Shown here piece by piece: positions 37,068 to 48,907 of a stretch of 64,000 nt of DNA. The stretch is taken from NCBI GenBank assembly GCA_051362555.1, contig CM120640.1, positions 51,810,788-51,874,787 of the forward strand. The letters are read 5' to 3'. The notes under the pieces are model-generated. The model saw nothing but the letters and a program-made list of their open reading frames with translations. It had not been told where the DNA came from and did not search any database. The first letter of the stretch is position 1, and the number at the start of each line of letters is the position of its first letter. A program made the translations under genes and the position numbers. The stretch is from Lingula anatina (Eukaryota > Animalia > Brachiopoda).

Positions 37068-38122
37068 TACACTTTATCATGATTGGTTATCACTGAAAAA
37101 GGACACTGATTCTTATCACGTATGATTTACTGCTTCTCGTTTACAAGTAAATATGTCTGAGTTGAATTTACAGCGTGTTATAGACCCTACTACGCATGCG
37201 TAAACTAATTAAAAGAGAGCTCGCCCAAAACACTGTGGAAGATGAGTTCCGTTCTCCTTAAATCATTGCTTTTTTAAAATTGTCGATGCCCGACTTCTTT
37301 TATTATCTTTTTATGATTTATTGAGGATCTGGAAAACATGTATTCTATTCGTCGCTGGCTCTATAAACCCAAGGTAAGCCAAGGGTAACATATTTGTTAG
37401 ATTTTAACATGGAAAATATCATTGTATGAAATTAACCAAGTAAACTAGACAAAGGTGCCAGATTTGATGTTAAATTGATGATTAATGTTCATTGTAAGTT
37501 ACCAGGTTGTCTGCTATTTTAACCTAATTCTGTCATTGTCTGTTTCCAAGATTACGTAAATAATGTTTATTTCACTTCTTAATCTTAGGTTACATAAAAA
37601 AGTCTATACATAAATTCAGCCTTCACTTGAATCATTTCATTCACTCTCAGCTGTCACAAAGGGGTGGCGCAAGAATCTATAAACGTCTTAATACCACATT
37701 GAATTGACACCTTTATGATACTGTGCGGCATTATGCTTGACTACCATTGTGAGAAGGAAAAAAAAAATCTCTACATGAAACTTAGTTCATACAACCATAT
37801 TAAAACCTCAGGCTTTAACAGTTTAGGGACAACTGATCAGAGCAAAATAAAGTGGATCTACTGCACATGCATTTAATCAGCTAAAACATTTTTTTTACAG
37901 TAATACACCTTATCATGATCATATGAAAAAAGGATACTGATTCTTATCATATTTGATTTACTGCTTCCTATTTACAAATAAATATGTCTGAGTGTAGTTT
38001 AAACCATGTTATAGGCCTTACTGCGTAACCTAATGAAAAGAAAGCTCGCTCAAAACACTGGAAGATGAGTTACGTTCTTCTTAAATCATTGCTCTGTTAA
38101 AATTGTTGATGTCTAACTTCTT
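37068..38122 (+). repeat. ~230-bp duplication: LST2 promoter/5' region (37068-37299) copied into intron 1 (37904-38122)
   Basis: Colinear alignment by eye, including actgattcttatca, tgatttactgcttc, taaatatgtctgagt, ggaagatgagtt and cttaaatcattgct. Confidence 0.9.
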
Positions 38123-40291
38123 GCTTAGGAAAGAAAAAAATGGATTCTCTGTGTATCAACAAATAGGTTGCTGTACAAAAATGAAATCTGTTGATCTAGA
38201 ACATGTTTGTTGAAGTTAATGGCAATCATCATTGAAACTCAAAAGTTTTCTGTATGAAAGTTAACCTGGCCTAAGAGACCCATTCATATGCCCGTTAGGT
38301 ATGTCAGGAGTATAATCTGATTTTTTTTTCAAAATTTATTGAATAAAAACCAGTTCATAAATAAGTACAGATAAATATTATATACATTTATGATATTATA
38401 TCTGGCAATCAGAAATTTCTTAAGTACAGTTAACTGATTATTTGATTTTGAATAATCTAATTTTCTGTCAATTTTTTTTATAAAAGAGAGCAGCATGGTT
38501 ATCACACTGTGTATACTTGGCAAGCTTTCAAAACTGGAACTCGCTGTGTTTAATCAAGTATTCCAGAAGAATTCAAACGTGTGACACCTTGTTGAGATGG
38601 TAGAAATATCAGTTATTCTTTTATTGGTGACAGGTGGATTGGGACTAACTAACAAACAGGCAATGCTACCTGAAGAATGTAATGCTATAAAGCAGGCTTT
38701 GTTTTTTAATATTGTTTACTTAACATCATTGAAGTGTAAATGATTTGTGTGTATGCTCTGCCTGGTTTGTATGGCAATGGGAGTTTGCTTAGGGAAAAAG
38801 AAGCAGTTAATTCACAGGTATCAAAGTTTGGAAAGTCATTTGTTAGCTGTCCTGGTAGGTCTTCAGTTTTTTTGATCCAGATATACTGTATGCATGTCAG
38901 TTTTCAGTTTTGATTAAATACACACTTACACTTCCTTGTTTCAGAAACTAGCTATGTAAAGCATTCTGTGATTAAGATGGCTTTAAGAAATACCAGCCTA
39001 GGTAAATGATATGTCTTATGATAGGTGCCAAAGATATGACCATATTTATTCTATAAGGAGATATATTTTTGTATATATCTGAATACCTATGTACTAATAA
39101 CTATGCACACATGTATATGTGCTTGATAGGAGTGCTGCTCAGTGTGTAATGGAATGCTTTTTATTTTTAGGAACTATAACTTAAGACTTGAATTTGACCA
39201 GTCAAATATAATTTTAATCAAATAGTTCTTGAGGTGCCTCAGGTTTCCAGTCTTCTGTTGAGGAGAAGGACCATGCCTCAGATAAATAGTTCAGTTGATG
39301 CACATTTGTTTGTATTTACTGTTCACCAATAAAACAAGTTCTGTTGTTTCATTATTTTAAGTATCTAAGGATTTACCTTGGTAAATGCATTCTTTAAAAA
39401 ACTGCATTCCAGAAAACGGACACATCTCTGCTGGCACAGTTTTTCTATGCAGATGAGGAACTTAACTTAGTCGCTGCTGAGTTGGACAGTTTTGATGGGC
39501 GTAAGGATCCCGAGAGATGCACACTGTTGGTGAACCAACTACGCCAGTGCCAGGACCGTGTCCTAGGGATTGTACAGAGGATCATGGATGATGCCATACC
39601 TCTACAGCGGTCATCAAGGGACTTTCGAGTCAAATTTCCTGATGATGTACTGCAGGAAAGCTTAGCAGGACAGCTATGGTTTGGTGCAGAGGTAAATTGT
39701 TATTTTGGATTATTAATAAAAAATATTAAAAAATTATGAAAAAAATTATTTAAAAATTGACTTAGGCAAAGATATAAAATTCCTTTTAATTTTGTACTTG
39801 GAAATGCCATTGTACCTCTTGTATATTTCTGTTGACAAGTTTGTATTACGTGTATTATGTGGATTTACATATATAAAATTATCATTTACTTTTCTCACAG
39901 TGTTTGGCAGCAGGGTCTACCATAATGAATAGGGAGGTAGAAAGTATCTCCATGCGACCACTGGCCAAAGCACTGACCAGAACCCTTGACCAGCTGAGGG
40001 GCATGCTAAGAGACCAATGTCTACGCAATCAGGCAATTTATTCAGATGAGGTGAGTTATAATATTATAGATATATCAAACCTTCATATAAGAGTGACAGG
40101 AGATGGTGAGATTTGAATAAATTTGGATTATTTGTGAGTAGCTCAAGATTTTTTGGAAAAAGATGACATATCATGATCAATTATGATGTATAAATTGCAG
40201 AAATTGTCAAAATATGCTTAATGGTGAATGAGAATAGACCTATCGCCAAAACTGAACAATATTCAAGTTCTCTAAGGTGGTGTTTATGGGT

Positions 40292-40324
<33 letters not shown>

Positions 40325-43300
40325 ACACACAGTTATCAATAAAAGAATGCTCACTCAAAATAAGGAAGACCTTGTTGTTTCTCAAATGTTAACTGTAGAT
40401 CCACAAGTAATCTCACAGAAGTGATTTTCTGCTAAAAAGGTGTCCATTATTTATGAACATAGTTTCATAATTCCAGTATCCTGATTAACATGAAGCATTA
40501 ACAACTCCTGATTATAAAGGATCCAAGTGTGACCACAAACACTTACTAGTATGATAAAAGCCTTGGGGGAACTGTTTTTGATGTATAACAATTATTTGAG
40601 GTGATGTTTAGGTCAGCTGTTTTCAATTTTAAAAAAAATGCCACTACCCCTAGGTTATGACAATTTGTTCTTTGGCCAAGTCAGCCAAATCAAGGTTCTG
40701 TGATATCTAATTGAAAAAAGATTTGATTTCTGCTTCTGTATAAGGCCAAAACAATTGACAGTAATTTCATGTGATAATGGAGTGTATCCAGAGATGTGTT
40801 GATTACCCAGATGGTGTGATAGCACCTGTTCTTCAGGTGTGATACCTGACACTGTTAATGTAGGAAATCACAGTAAACAGCATATGTGGCATAGAGATGG
40901 CATTGGTTCATTGGAATGAAACACCTTGGGCTGGTAGGAATGTAATGTTTCTAGGAGTACTCATTATTGTAGCATTTTGGTTAAACACTCATTTGCATTT
41001 TTCCAGGATGTATTAATCACATTAAGTGTTGGGACATTTGACTGAAGAAATAATGACAATGAGATCCATGTAAATCTATGTGTGGTTGAGTGTGATTAAG
41101 AAAAGGCCACCACTCCTTGTGCAGTTAGGAAGTCGGGGTCCATGAATTATAGTCCTAATTCCTGTCAACTTACCTGTACTTTACAGGGGCAGATTTAGGC
41201 CGTCTTCTGGGTCTTCCGGAAGACGGTCAGATTTTTAAGTTTACATTGTCCGGTTTTCTGTCGGAAGACGGTAAAAATTGGAGGATGGATCAACAAAGAT
41301 AATTTGGAAGACTGTCAGAAAATACCTTTGGATCCGCCCCTGCTTTACATACATTGGAAATAAATTTTTTTGTGTGTGCAGAATCTCAAAGAATACAATA
41401 TTTTAAAAGCATATTATAGATTGAGACACTATGTAAAAACTTTTTCTGTCTCATTTATCAGTTCTTTTTTTGAGATCCTCTGTATATCCTGTTCTATCCT
41501 CTGTTTTATGGAAATTAATCATCCATCTTTAAGAAAAAAAAAGCTCAGTCATAAACATTATTCAAGGTATGGATGAATAACTGTGCATTCCTTAAGCCAT
41601 TTGGACAAGTTGTTTGGAGATTACTCCTTAATGACGTCAGTGAACAAGAACAGTTGAGGCATAATGAACATTGTAAAAGTACTGTTACATGTCCCAGTGT
41701 TATCAGTTACCAGGAAGGGATTAGGGATTTGATATCTGTTGTATTCATCAGTTCACATCATGTGAGGATAAAACTAAAGTGCCATTACACGTCTGAGAAG
41801 TCATTCAGAAATAAACTTGATGAATGGTTGAATTTAATATCCATTTTCACAGTTACATATTTTGTTGAATTATGTTACCCCTAAAATGAGTGTTTTTAAA
41901 TTTATTTTTGTTTATATTTTTTTAAGATAAAAGAATCACTCATCACTTTTGACAGACTTTTTGCTGACTTTGAGCTCAGGTAAGTTATTACCATGATAGT
42001 TCTTTATCATTAGAAAAAAATTATGCTAGTTTGAAACATGTATATGGCATTGTAGTTAAAACTATGCTTTCTTCTAATTTTTGTCTACAAGTCTAATATT
42101 TTGTATTTGTATTGCAGCTATGTAAGTGCAATGGTACCTGTAAAGACAATGAAAGAGTATGACATTTTGCAGGAAGTAACTGTGCTATTCTGTGAAACTG
42201 TGGACAGGTTAGGATCAATTTTCTTTGGGTTTCTGTCTTCACAAGTGGAAGATAGATTTGTATATAATTTACTAAAACTGTTTTCTAACAGCTTTATCAG
42301 TAACGATACCATTATATTTTGATGAGAAAAGTTTGACCTTGATGAATTGAAAAAAAAAATGTACATATCCTTTAGACTTATACCTGGATATTGAAAATGA
42401 TTGACAGAGACTGTTTTTTTATGTAATAGGAAGCCAAGGAGAACCTCATACCTTTCAGTCATGCACTACTATCTGATCTGTGTTTACCTGTAATTTCAGG
42501 GCTCTAAAGGTTGAGCTGCTGACCCAGGACATGATAGATGACTATGACCCTGCTTTGATGTTTACAATTCCAAGGTTGGCCATAGTGTGGTAAGTATGAT
42601 AAAGCTTACACTGATATATGGTTCTCTTAAAGTGCATTATTTCTTGGAAACATTTCTTTATTATTTACAATATTATTTGCAGTAGATAAATAAAGCACAT
42701 ACCTGCGTGTTACTTTTAGCATTATTTTTTTATTTAAATTTCATTGGTTAACAGTTGGTTAAAGGTGATTATCCTCTGCATATACTTAAGAAAAATTTGT
42801 ACACTGGCTTACGTCTAGAATTTCAATTTGTAAAGATAAATGACAGTTTAATATCATTTCTCTTTAAAGTAAAAAAAAATATAAACTAGTGCATCTTTCT
42901 ACCTGCTGTTACATACACCATACTTATTTTGTGTGTGATTACGTTAATCCATTTATTTATTATTAAACAGGTGTTCTGATAAACATTTTTTGTTGTGGTA
43001 AAAGGTTTTCATTGTTTGCTTTTAGTGGCTTGGTGATATATCCTGATGGCCCTCTAAACCCACTCCAAGAACCCAAGTCAATGTCTGAGATGTACAGACC
43101 ATTCCAAACTCTTTTGCTCAAGATTAGGTAATAAAAAAAGTAAAACTGTTGTGTGTCTAGGTAATGGTTATTTAAGGAAGAGAAAGGGTTCATAAATACA
43201 AGTTATTTTATGTTGTGCACCTTATAAAACTGTGGTACAAAGTTTAAAAAATTTGTTGAACAAGATATAGCATGAGGTGGCTGAAGCATTATGAAATGAG

Positions 43301-46300
43301 TTCCATGCTATGTTGATGTTCTTCATCTTTGGATAAATGGTTACTGGCATAATAAATAGTTATGACCTGACATTTGATTCTTATATATTTTTATACAATG
43401 AAGACCAGGCACTGAAACTTTCTTTACAAGCACAAAAAGGGTTTTTTGTTGTGTTGAAGTATGAAAATCCTTCTTTCAGGGAACTTCTGTGGACATTGAC
43501 ATCAGATGAGTTGTTTTCTCTGGAAAAGGCTCTCTGTAGTTCAGAGGAACCAGGTCTGTATAGACCAGTGGAACATGTATTCTCAGACTCCAACACTTCC
43601 TCAGTTGAACAATCACCATCCAAGGGGAAAAGTGGTGCTTCAGGGAAGACCGAAAAGAAAAAGTCAAAGAAAGAGCAGAACACTAAGCCTGAAAAGGAAG
43701 AGGACAATGACGCAGATACTGAGAGCTCAGAAGAGAACCATGACAGTATAGGAGCCCTGGGGATGACCCAGTCTCCCTCTACACAGACTGTGATAGCCAA
43801 CCCTAGTTATCCTCCAGAGCAGACTGCTGGGGGTGGGGCTGACTCTACAGAAGGAGCCTCTGGGGAACAGCAGCAGGTCACTGGAGCTCAGAATGGGGTT
43901 ACAAGTGAACATTTGGCACCTAAACAATCACAGGACCTTGATGCTGCTGATGCAGGGACACAGTGCTCAAAGTGTTCTGGGAATGCAGAGAGCAGACGGC
44001 ACAGGCGACACAGGAGAGGAAGTGGAGGAAAGGGGGAGAAGCACAGTGGGTCAGAGAGCAACAGGAAAAAGAGGGCTGCTAAAAGGAATCAGAGCACCCA
44101 GACTGGTATTGAATCTGAACGTGAGAGAGCTAGCAGTGGTGGCTCTAATCATGGTGCTGGGGGGTCTCGGACTACAACATCCAGACAAAACAGCAGAGGC
44201 AGCACCATGAGTGAGGAAATGCATCGAGTTTGTGAACAGGTAGTTGGCGAGCTTTTGTCTGATGCAAACAGGAGAATTGTGCGTAGTTCATCTGCCTCTC
44301 AGTATGGGGCTCCCCAGTTTAACTTTCATTTGCCTGTGAATACCAGTCCCAGAACTTCAGCAGAATCTGGGCAATCCTCTGATGCTGATACTCCCAGGAC
44401 TGTGATATATGTAGGGGACAGCATTCAACAAATGTCAGATATATCAGAAGAAAATTCCTATGTTAATAAGGATGATGTCTTTGAGGATATGGATACTAAA
44501 AGCACTGAGATGGAAATTGTAGAAGAGCAGGCAGGCAGGAAATCAGAAAGTGAAGTTCCTATGCATACATCTAGTTCCACCTCCAGCCACAGTAAAAAAC
44601 GCTCAAAAGAACAGAACACTAACAAAAGTGAAAACATGTCAAAAACTGAAGTTCATAAGAACTCCCACAGCAGTCAGCAACCTCGAAAATCTAGTAAAAA
44701 AGACAGTAAGAATCAAACAATCGACTCAACCAATCCAAAGCCTAGCTGCCCTAGAGTGCAGAGACTGCAGTATTCAGATGACTGCAGTGAGACCAGTAGC
44801 TGCTCTACATGTAGCACAAGTAGTGAATACGACAATGTTGGGAGTGACTATGACAACTTGATGAGGTATGTTGCAACAGTTCTGTAAACACATTTTGTAA
44901 AGAGTGCAAATATATGAAATATGCAAGCAGTTTGCAAATTGTTTACTTTCATGAATGCAAATGGAGGCTTGGGAGTGTTTTGAAAAAAGCACATCTGGTC
45001 ACTTGTTTGAATTCTTTTCTTGCCACTTTCAGCAGCACCAGTGATACCAGCTCCTACAACTCTGAGAGTCAGGATGATGAGGAGATAGCTCTGGCTATCC
45101 AAGCAGCTGAGCTTGCGTCTCGCAATGAAGCACGTCTGAGATTTAAGAGCAGCACTGACCTCATCCACAGACTGTTTGTGTGCATCTCAGGTAATGATTA
45201 ATAACCATGAAGAATGGAATGATTTGCCTCTGATATATAAATATCCTAGTGAACATGTAAACTTTCAGATTAGTGTGAAAACTTGGGGCTTCCATTGGCT
45301 TTAGAAACATGACCAAAAGTTCTTATTGTTCCTCAGCAACTGAATGAAATGTAGTTGTTTCTTCTCTTATGTCACTAAGCGGTACTTGAAAAATTTATTC
45401 CGTCACTATGAACAATATGGCCCTCAAATTCTTCAGAAACTTGCATTTTGTGTGTGTTAGTTTCCAGTTTTGTTTATTCTTTTAGACCATGTGTTAAACT
45501 CATTATTGAAAATTTCCAGGAGTTGCTGACCAGCTCCAGACAAACTATGCTAGTGACTTGAGGAATGTGTTGCGGGCAGTATTTGAGGTCCACTCCTCTG
45601 AGCCCCTAGTCAGGGTGGACAGTGCCGAGGAGGTGACCGAAGACATTCGCAGTGACAACAGTGACTCTCTAGAGGACAGATCTGATGGCTCTGATGGGGA
45701 CAGAGATAATGAGGAAGAGGATGTGATCACTCCTACTGCGTCCAGTCCCCCTGAAAACAGTCCAGAGAGGAACATTGACGAGAGACCTGCACAGGGTATT
45801 TCTTCTTTCAGTATTCTGAATAACATCTTGGGTGCTCCTTTTATTGTGAGGTCATACATGTTTTGTTGCCCACCTGAAGCATACCTGTACTTAAAAAGAG
45901 CAACATGTACCTAATTTTCTTTAGGCTTTTTAACCAAAAATGAATTGTTGATGCAGAATTCAGTTTGCTGTATGTTGTAATAATTTGCTCCAGATCCACC
46001 TCCCTGGGTACCTGATGAGCTGGCACCACACTGTACCTCTTGCAAGGTGCCCTTCTCCTTTGTGCGCCGGCGCCACCACTGCAGGAACTGTGGAAAGGTA
46101 ATGCTATGCTTGACTGAACTTCTACAGTGAAGATAACTTGCTGTATTTTAACCCTAAATCCAATTACTTGGGCTTTATGTTATAGGCCAAACAGGGTTAT
46201 TTTGGTCCAATAATATTTTTGTTAGTTTTTATTCAAAATGTTGAAATAAGCAAAACAACCGATTTAAGCTATTTATAATTAATTTGATTTTTTCTTGAAG

Positions 46301-46587
46301 AATTATCTCCTGTAGTGGCCAAAACATTTTACTTCCTGTTTTGATGGTATTCAAGTACATCAATTATCAGCAAGATGAAGGTTGAGACCCCATCCTGAAA
46401 AATAAACGAAACAACATAAATATATCTAATGGTAATATTTAATTCATTCATCTTCTTATTTCAGATATTCTGTGCAAGATGTTCTCCCAATTCGGTTCCT
46501 CTGCCCCACTATGGCCATGCCAGACCTGTGAGGATCTGTAACAGGTGCTTTATGTTCCAGGTCACACCTTTCATGGTGGAGAACTGA
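37338..46587 (+). CDS. ZFYVE28: Lateral signaling target protein 2 homolog (LST2/ZFYVE28), FYVE-domain protein, ~948 aa, 12 exons
   Basis: Exons 37338-37373, 39413-39691, 39901-40050, 41927-41979, 42118-42207, 42500-42589, 43026-43127, 43480-44865, 45033-45190, 45520-45795, 45994-46097, 46465-46587 (2847 nt, phases consistent). Diagnostic LST2 sequences: [80 protein letters not shown]-terminal FYVE domain [17 protein letters not shown]. Confidence 0.97.
41184..41342. mobile_element. Short hAT-like MITE in LST2 intron 3
   Basis: TIRs CAGGGGCAGATT ... GATCCGCCCCTG with internal GAAGAC/GTCTTC repeats. No exact 8-bp TSD is seen. A similar right terminus occurs near 35520-35557. Confidence 0.55.
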
Positions 46588-48907
46588 ACAATTTACTGTG
46601 GACTATCTTGCATTTACTCCTGTCCATGAATCAAAGTTTTCATACTGGTGCCCTAAAGTGCTATTGATTTAAATTCTTACATCATCATGGTGTGATTCTT
46701 GGACTTGTGGTTGTGTTCTCTACTGTGGACATGCGAACAACATTCACTTGTTACTTCTGTGGAAGTGGAAGATGGTATTTTTCAGCTGTGAAGATTCTGC
46801 AGTCTTGTCTGGCACAGACAAGAAATGATCCCTGTGTTGAAGGTTTAGAACAAAGTGGAGGAAATTCATGGGTTTATTTCTGATTTTATTTTATGAGCAT
46901 TAGTTGGGAAATGATAATTCTGACAACATGCGAGAGACTTACAATGTTATCACTAAGCTGTGATTGTGTGATAATTCTAGCTTGGACACATTGTTTTATA
47001 TTGACAGTTTCACTAAGAAGACATTTTATGAAAAACCTATGCTGCATTTCAGTTAAAACTATATGGTATTGTTTTTTAAATATATTATATTTCTAATATT
47101 ATATAGGCATTATATAATAGCCGATATCTTCATCGATATTTTGTCACTTTTTTTGGTTTTAACTCCTGGAAAAGGCAGTGGGACAGTTACTTATTTTAAC
47201 CAATTGGAATAATTGTGGGTATATTACATGTTACATATAGATTGTGATATTGCCTGTAACATTTTCTTTCAACAAAGCTAGTTGCTTCTTTTAACTGCTT
47301 AAAAGGGAACTTCACAGAAAGTTTGGACAAGCTTGTATTACTCTCTGACATCTTGAGTACATATAGTTGTTATTCCAACTTACTTTTCTTTTTTAGCCCT
47401 GATACTGCATGACAGTTACAATTAATTCTTGGATTAGTTGTCACACTGGCTGTGAAGGCTACCCATCCTAGTTAATTTTATATCTAAATTTCAGTATATT
47501 GTATTTTGACACTTGTAGGGCATTTAAGGTGAGAGACTACAACAGTTTGGAAGATTTCCAAGGAAAAAAATTTAATCTTGCACTGGACTTTTAATAAAGC
47601 GGCAGTCCAGCTGCAGAGGAGGGCTGAGAATGAATCTATCCCACATCTGGGACTGGACCGTTAAGTACACATCTATGATTCATGTAATTTATCCAGTTAA
47701 TTATTATATTTTTATTCACTATGTTGTCTATAATTTTATTTTATTCAAACATTTCAGTTGTGTAAGCTTTCAGTTTTGCCAGAATAATAGGAGTCTGTGC
47801 ACACACCTGGCCTGTCATGTGACCAGCTGTGTAGGTTACAGACATGTATTTCTCTGTTGAAAACCACTAGTACAGATCCCAAAGGATAGTTGGTATTTTA
47901 ATCTGTTAGTTCATTATTAGATATATTTTTTCCTATTATGTGACATCACGCTACTGGATAAATGGGGGGCATTCACTCTCAATTTGGAAGGTTTTAGTCT
48001 GGAAAATAGAGATTGATGTATATATTTTATCCACTACTATGTCTATGATTTGATTGTATCCTAACTTTCCAGTTGTGTAAGCTGTCAGTTTTGCCAGAAT
48101 AATAGGAAAGTCTGTGTCAATTTTCACAAGTGTTCATAAGTGGTCAGATTTCTCTGCTGGCCTCCCTTGGTATTAGGGTGTGGACTTGTTCCACACAGAT
48201 GCCCTTCAACCTTGTAGATGAGTAGGGTGGAAGAGTGTGAAGGGGTTTCAATTTTTTAAAATTTGATTTTAAGTGAAAATGATATCTACTGTGTAGAGAG
48301 AATTAAGTAATAATAAGTAATAATGGTTTTGGTTGATACATGATCTGCATCACAAAAACATTTTCTAGTCACTAGAACAAGATCAGTGTGAAGTGTAATA
48401 TAAAGATTTAAATTCAATATATTTGAGTGGACTTCAAAAACAAAATCAGATCGGGTTTTATAAGTTAGCCAATATTTTAGTTTAAACAATTGGAATAAAA
48501 GATAAAGACATGCCACACAAACTATTTTACCATAAATGTTTAAAATTCACAAGGCATGGGTTTTTATTGTTCAATTTTCAATGTGAATATGAAATCATGA
48601 TCGATATCATGCATTGTGCACTCTAAGGAACTGTACTTTCATTATATGTCCAGTATTATCTCAAGTCACATGGAAAAAGAACAAAACTGAAGGTGAAAAT
48701 GCATAACAGTAAAATGAAATGAATATTGATCTGTGGGGACAAAACATTCCTGTGGCTTTCTTTGTCATTCAGCTTACCCTACTTACACATGCAGTGTCTT
48801 GATATTATCATACCATGGCATTTATCAGCAGTAACTCCTAGAAATGCAGTTGAAGAGGAGTTTTTGTTGTTACTAAAAATGGCATATTTGATAAAAATAA
48901 AAATTAA

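Noticed and set aside
44478-44495. FEDMD as a TOR-signalling (TOS) motif in LST2
   Set aside because: The spacing does not fit the F-acidic-hydrophobic-acidic-hydrophobic pattern.
47752-48116. ~47-bp direct repeat in the probable LST2 3' UTR (cagttgtgtaagct..ccagaataatagg)
   Set aside because: A real local duplication, but with no structure or motif suggesting function.
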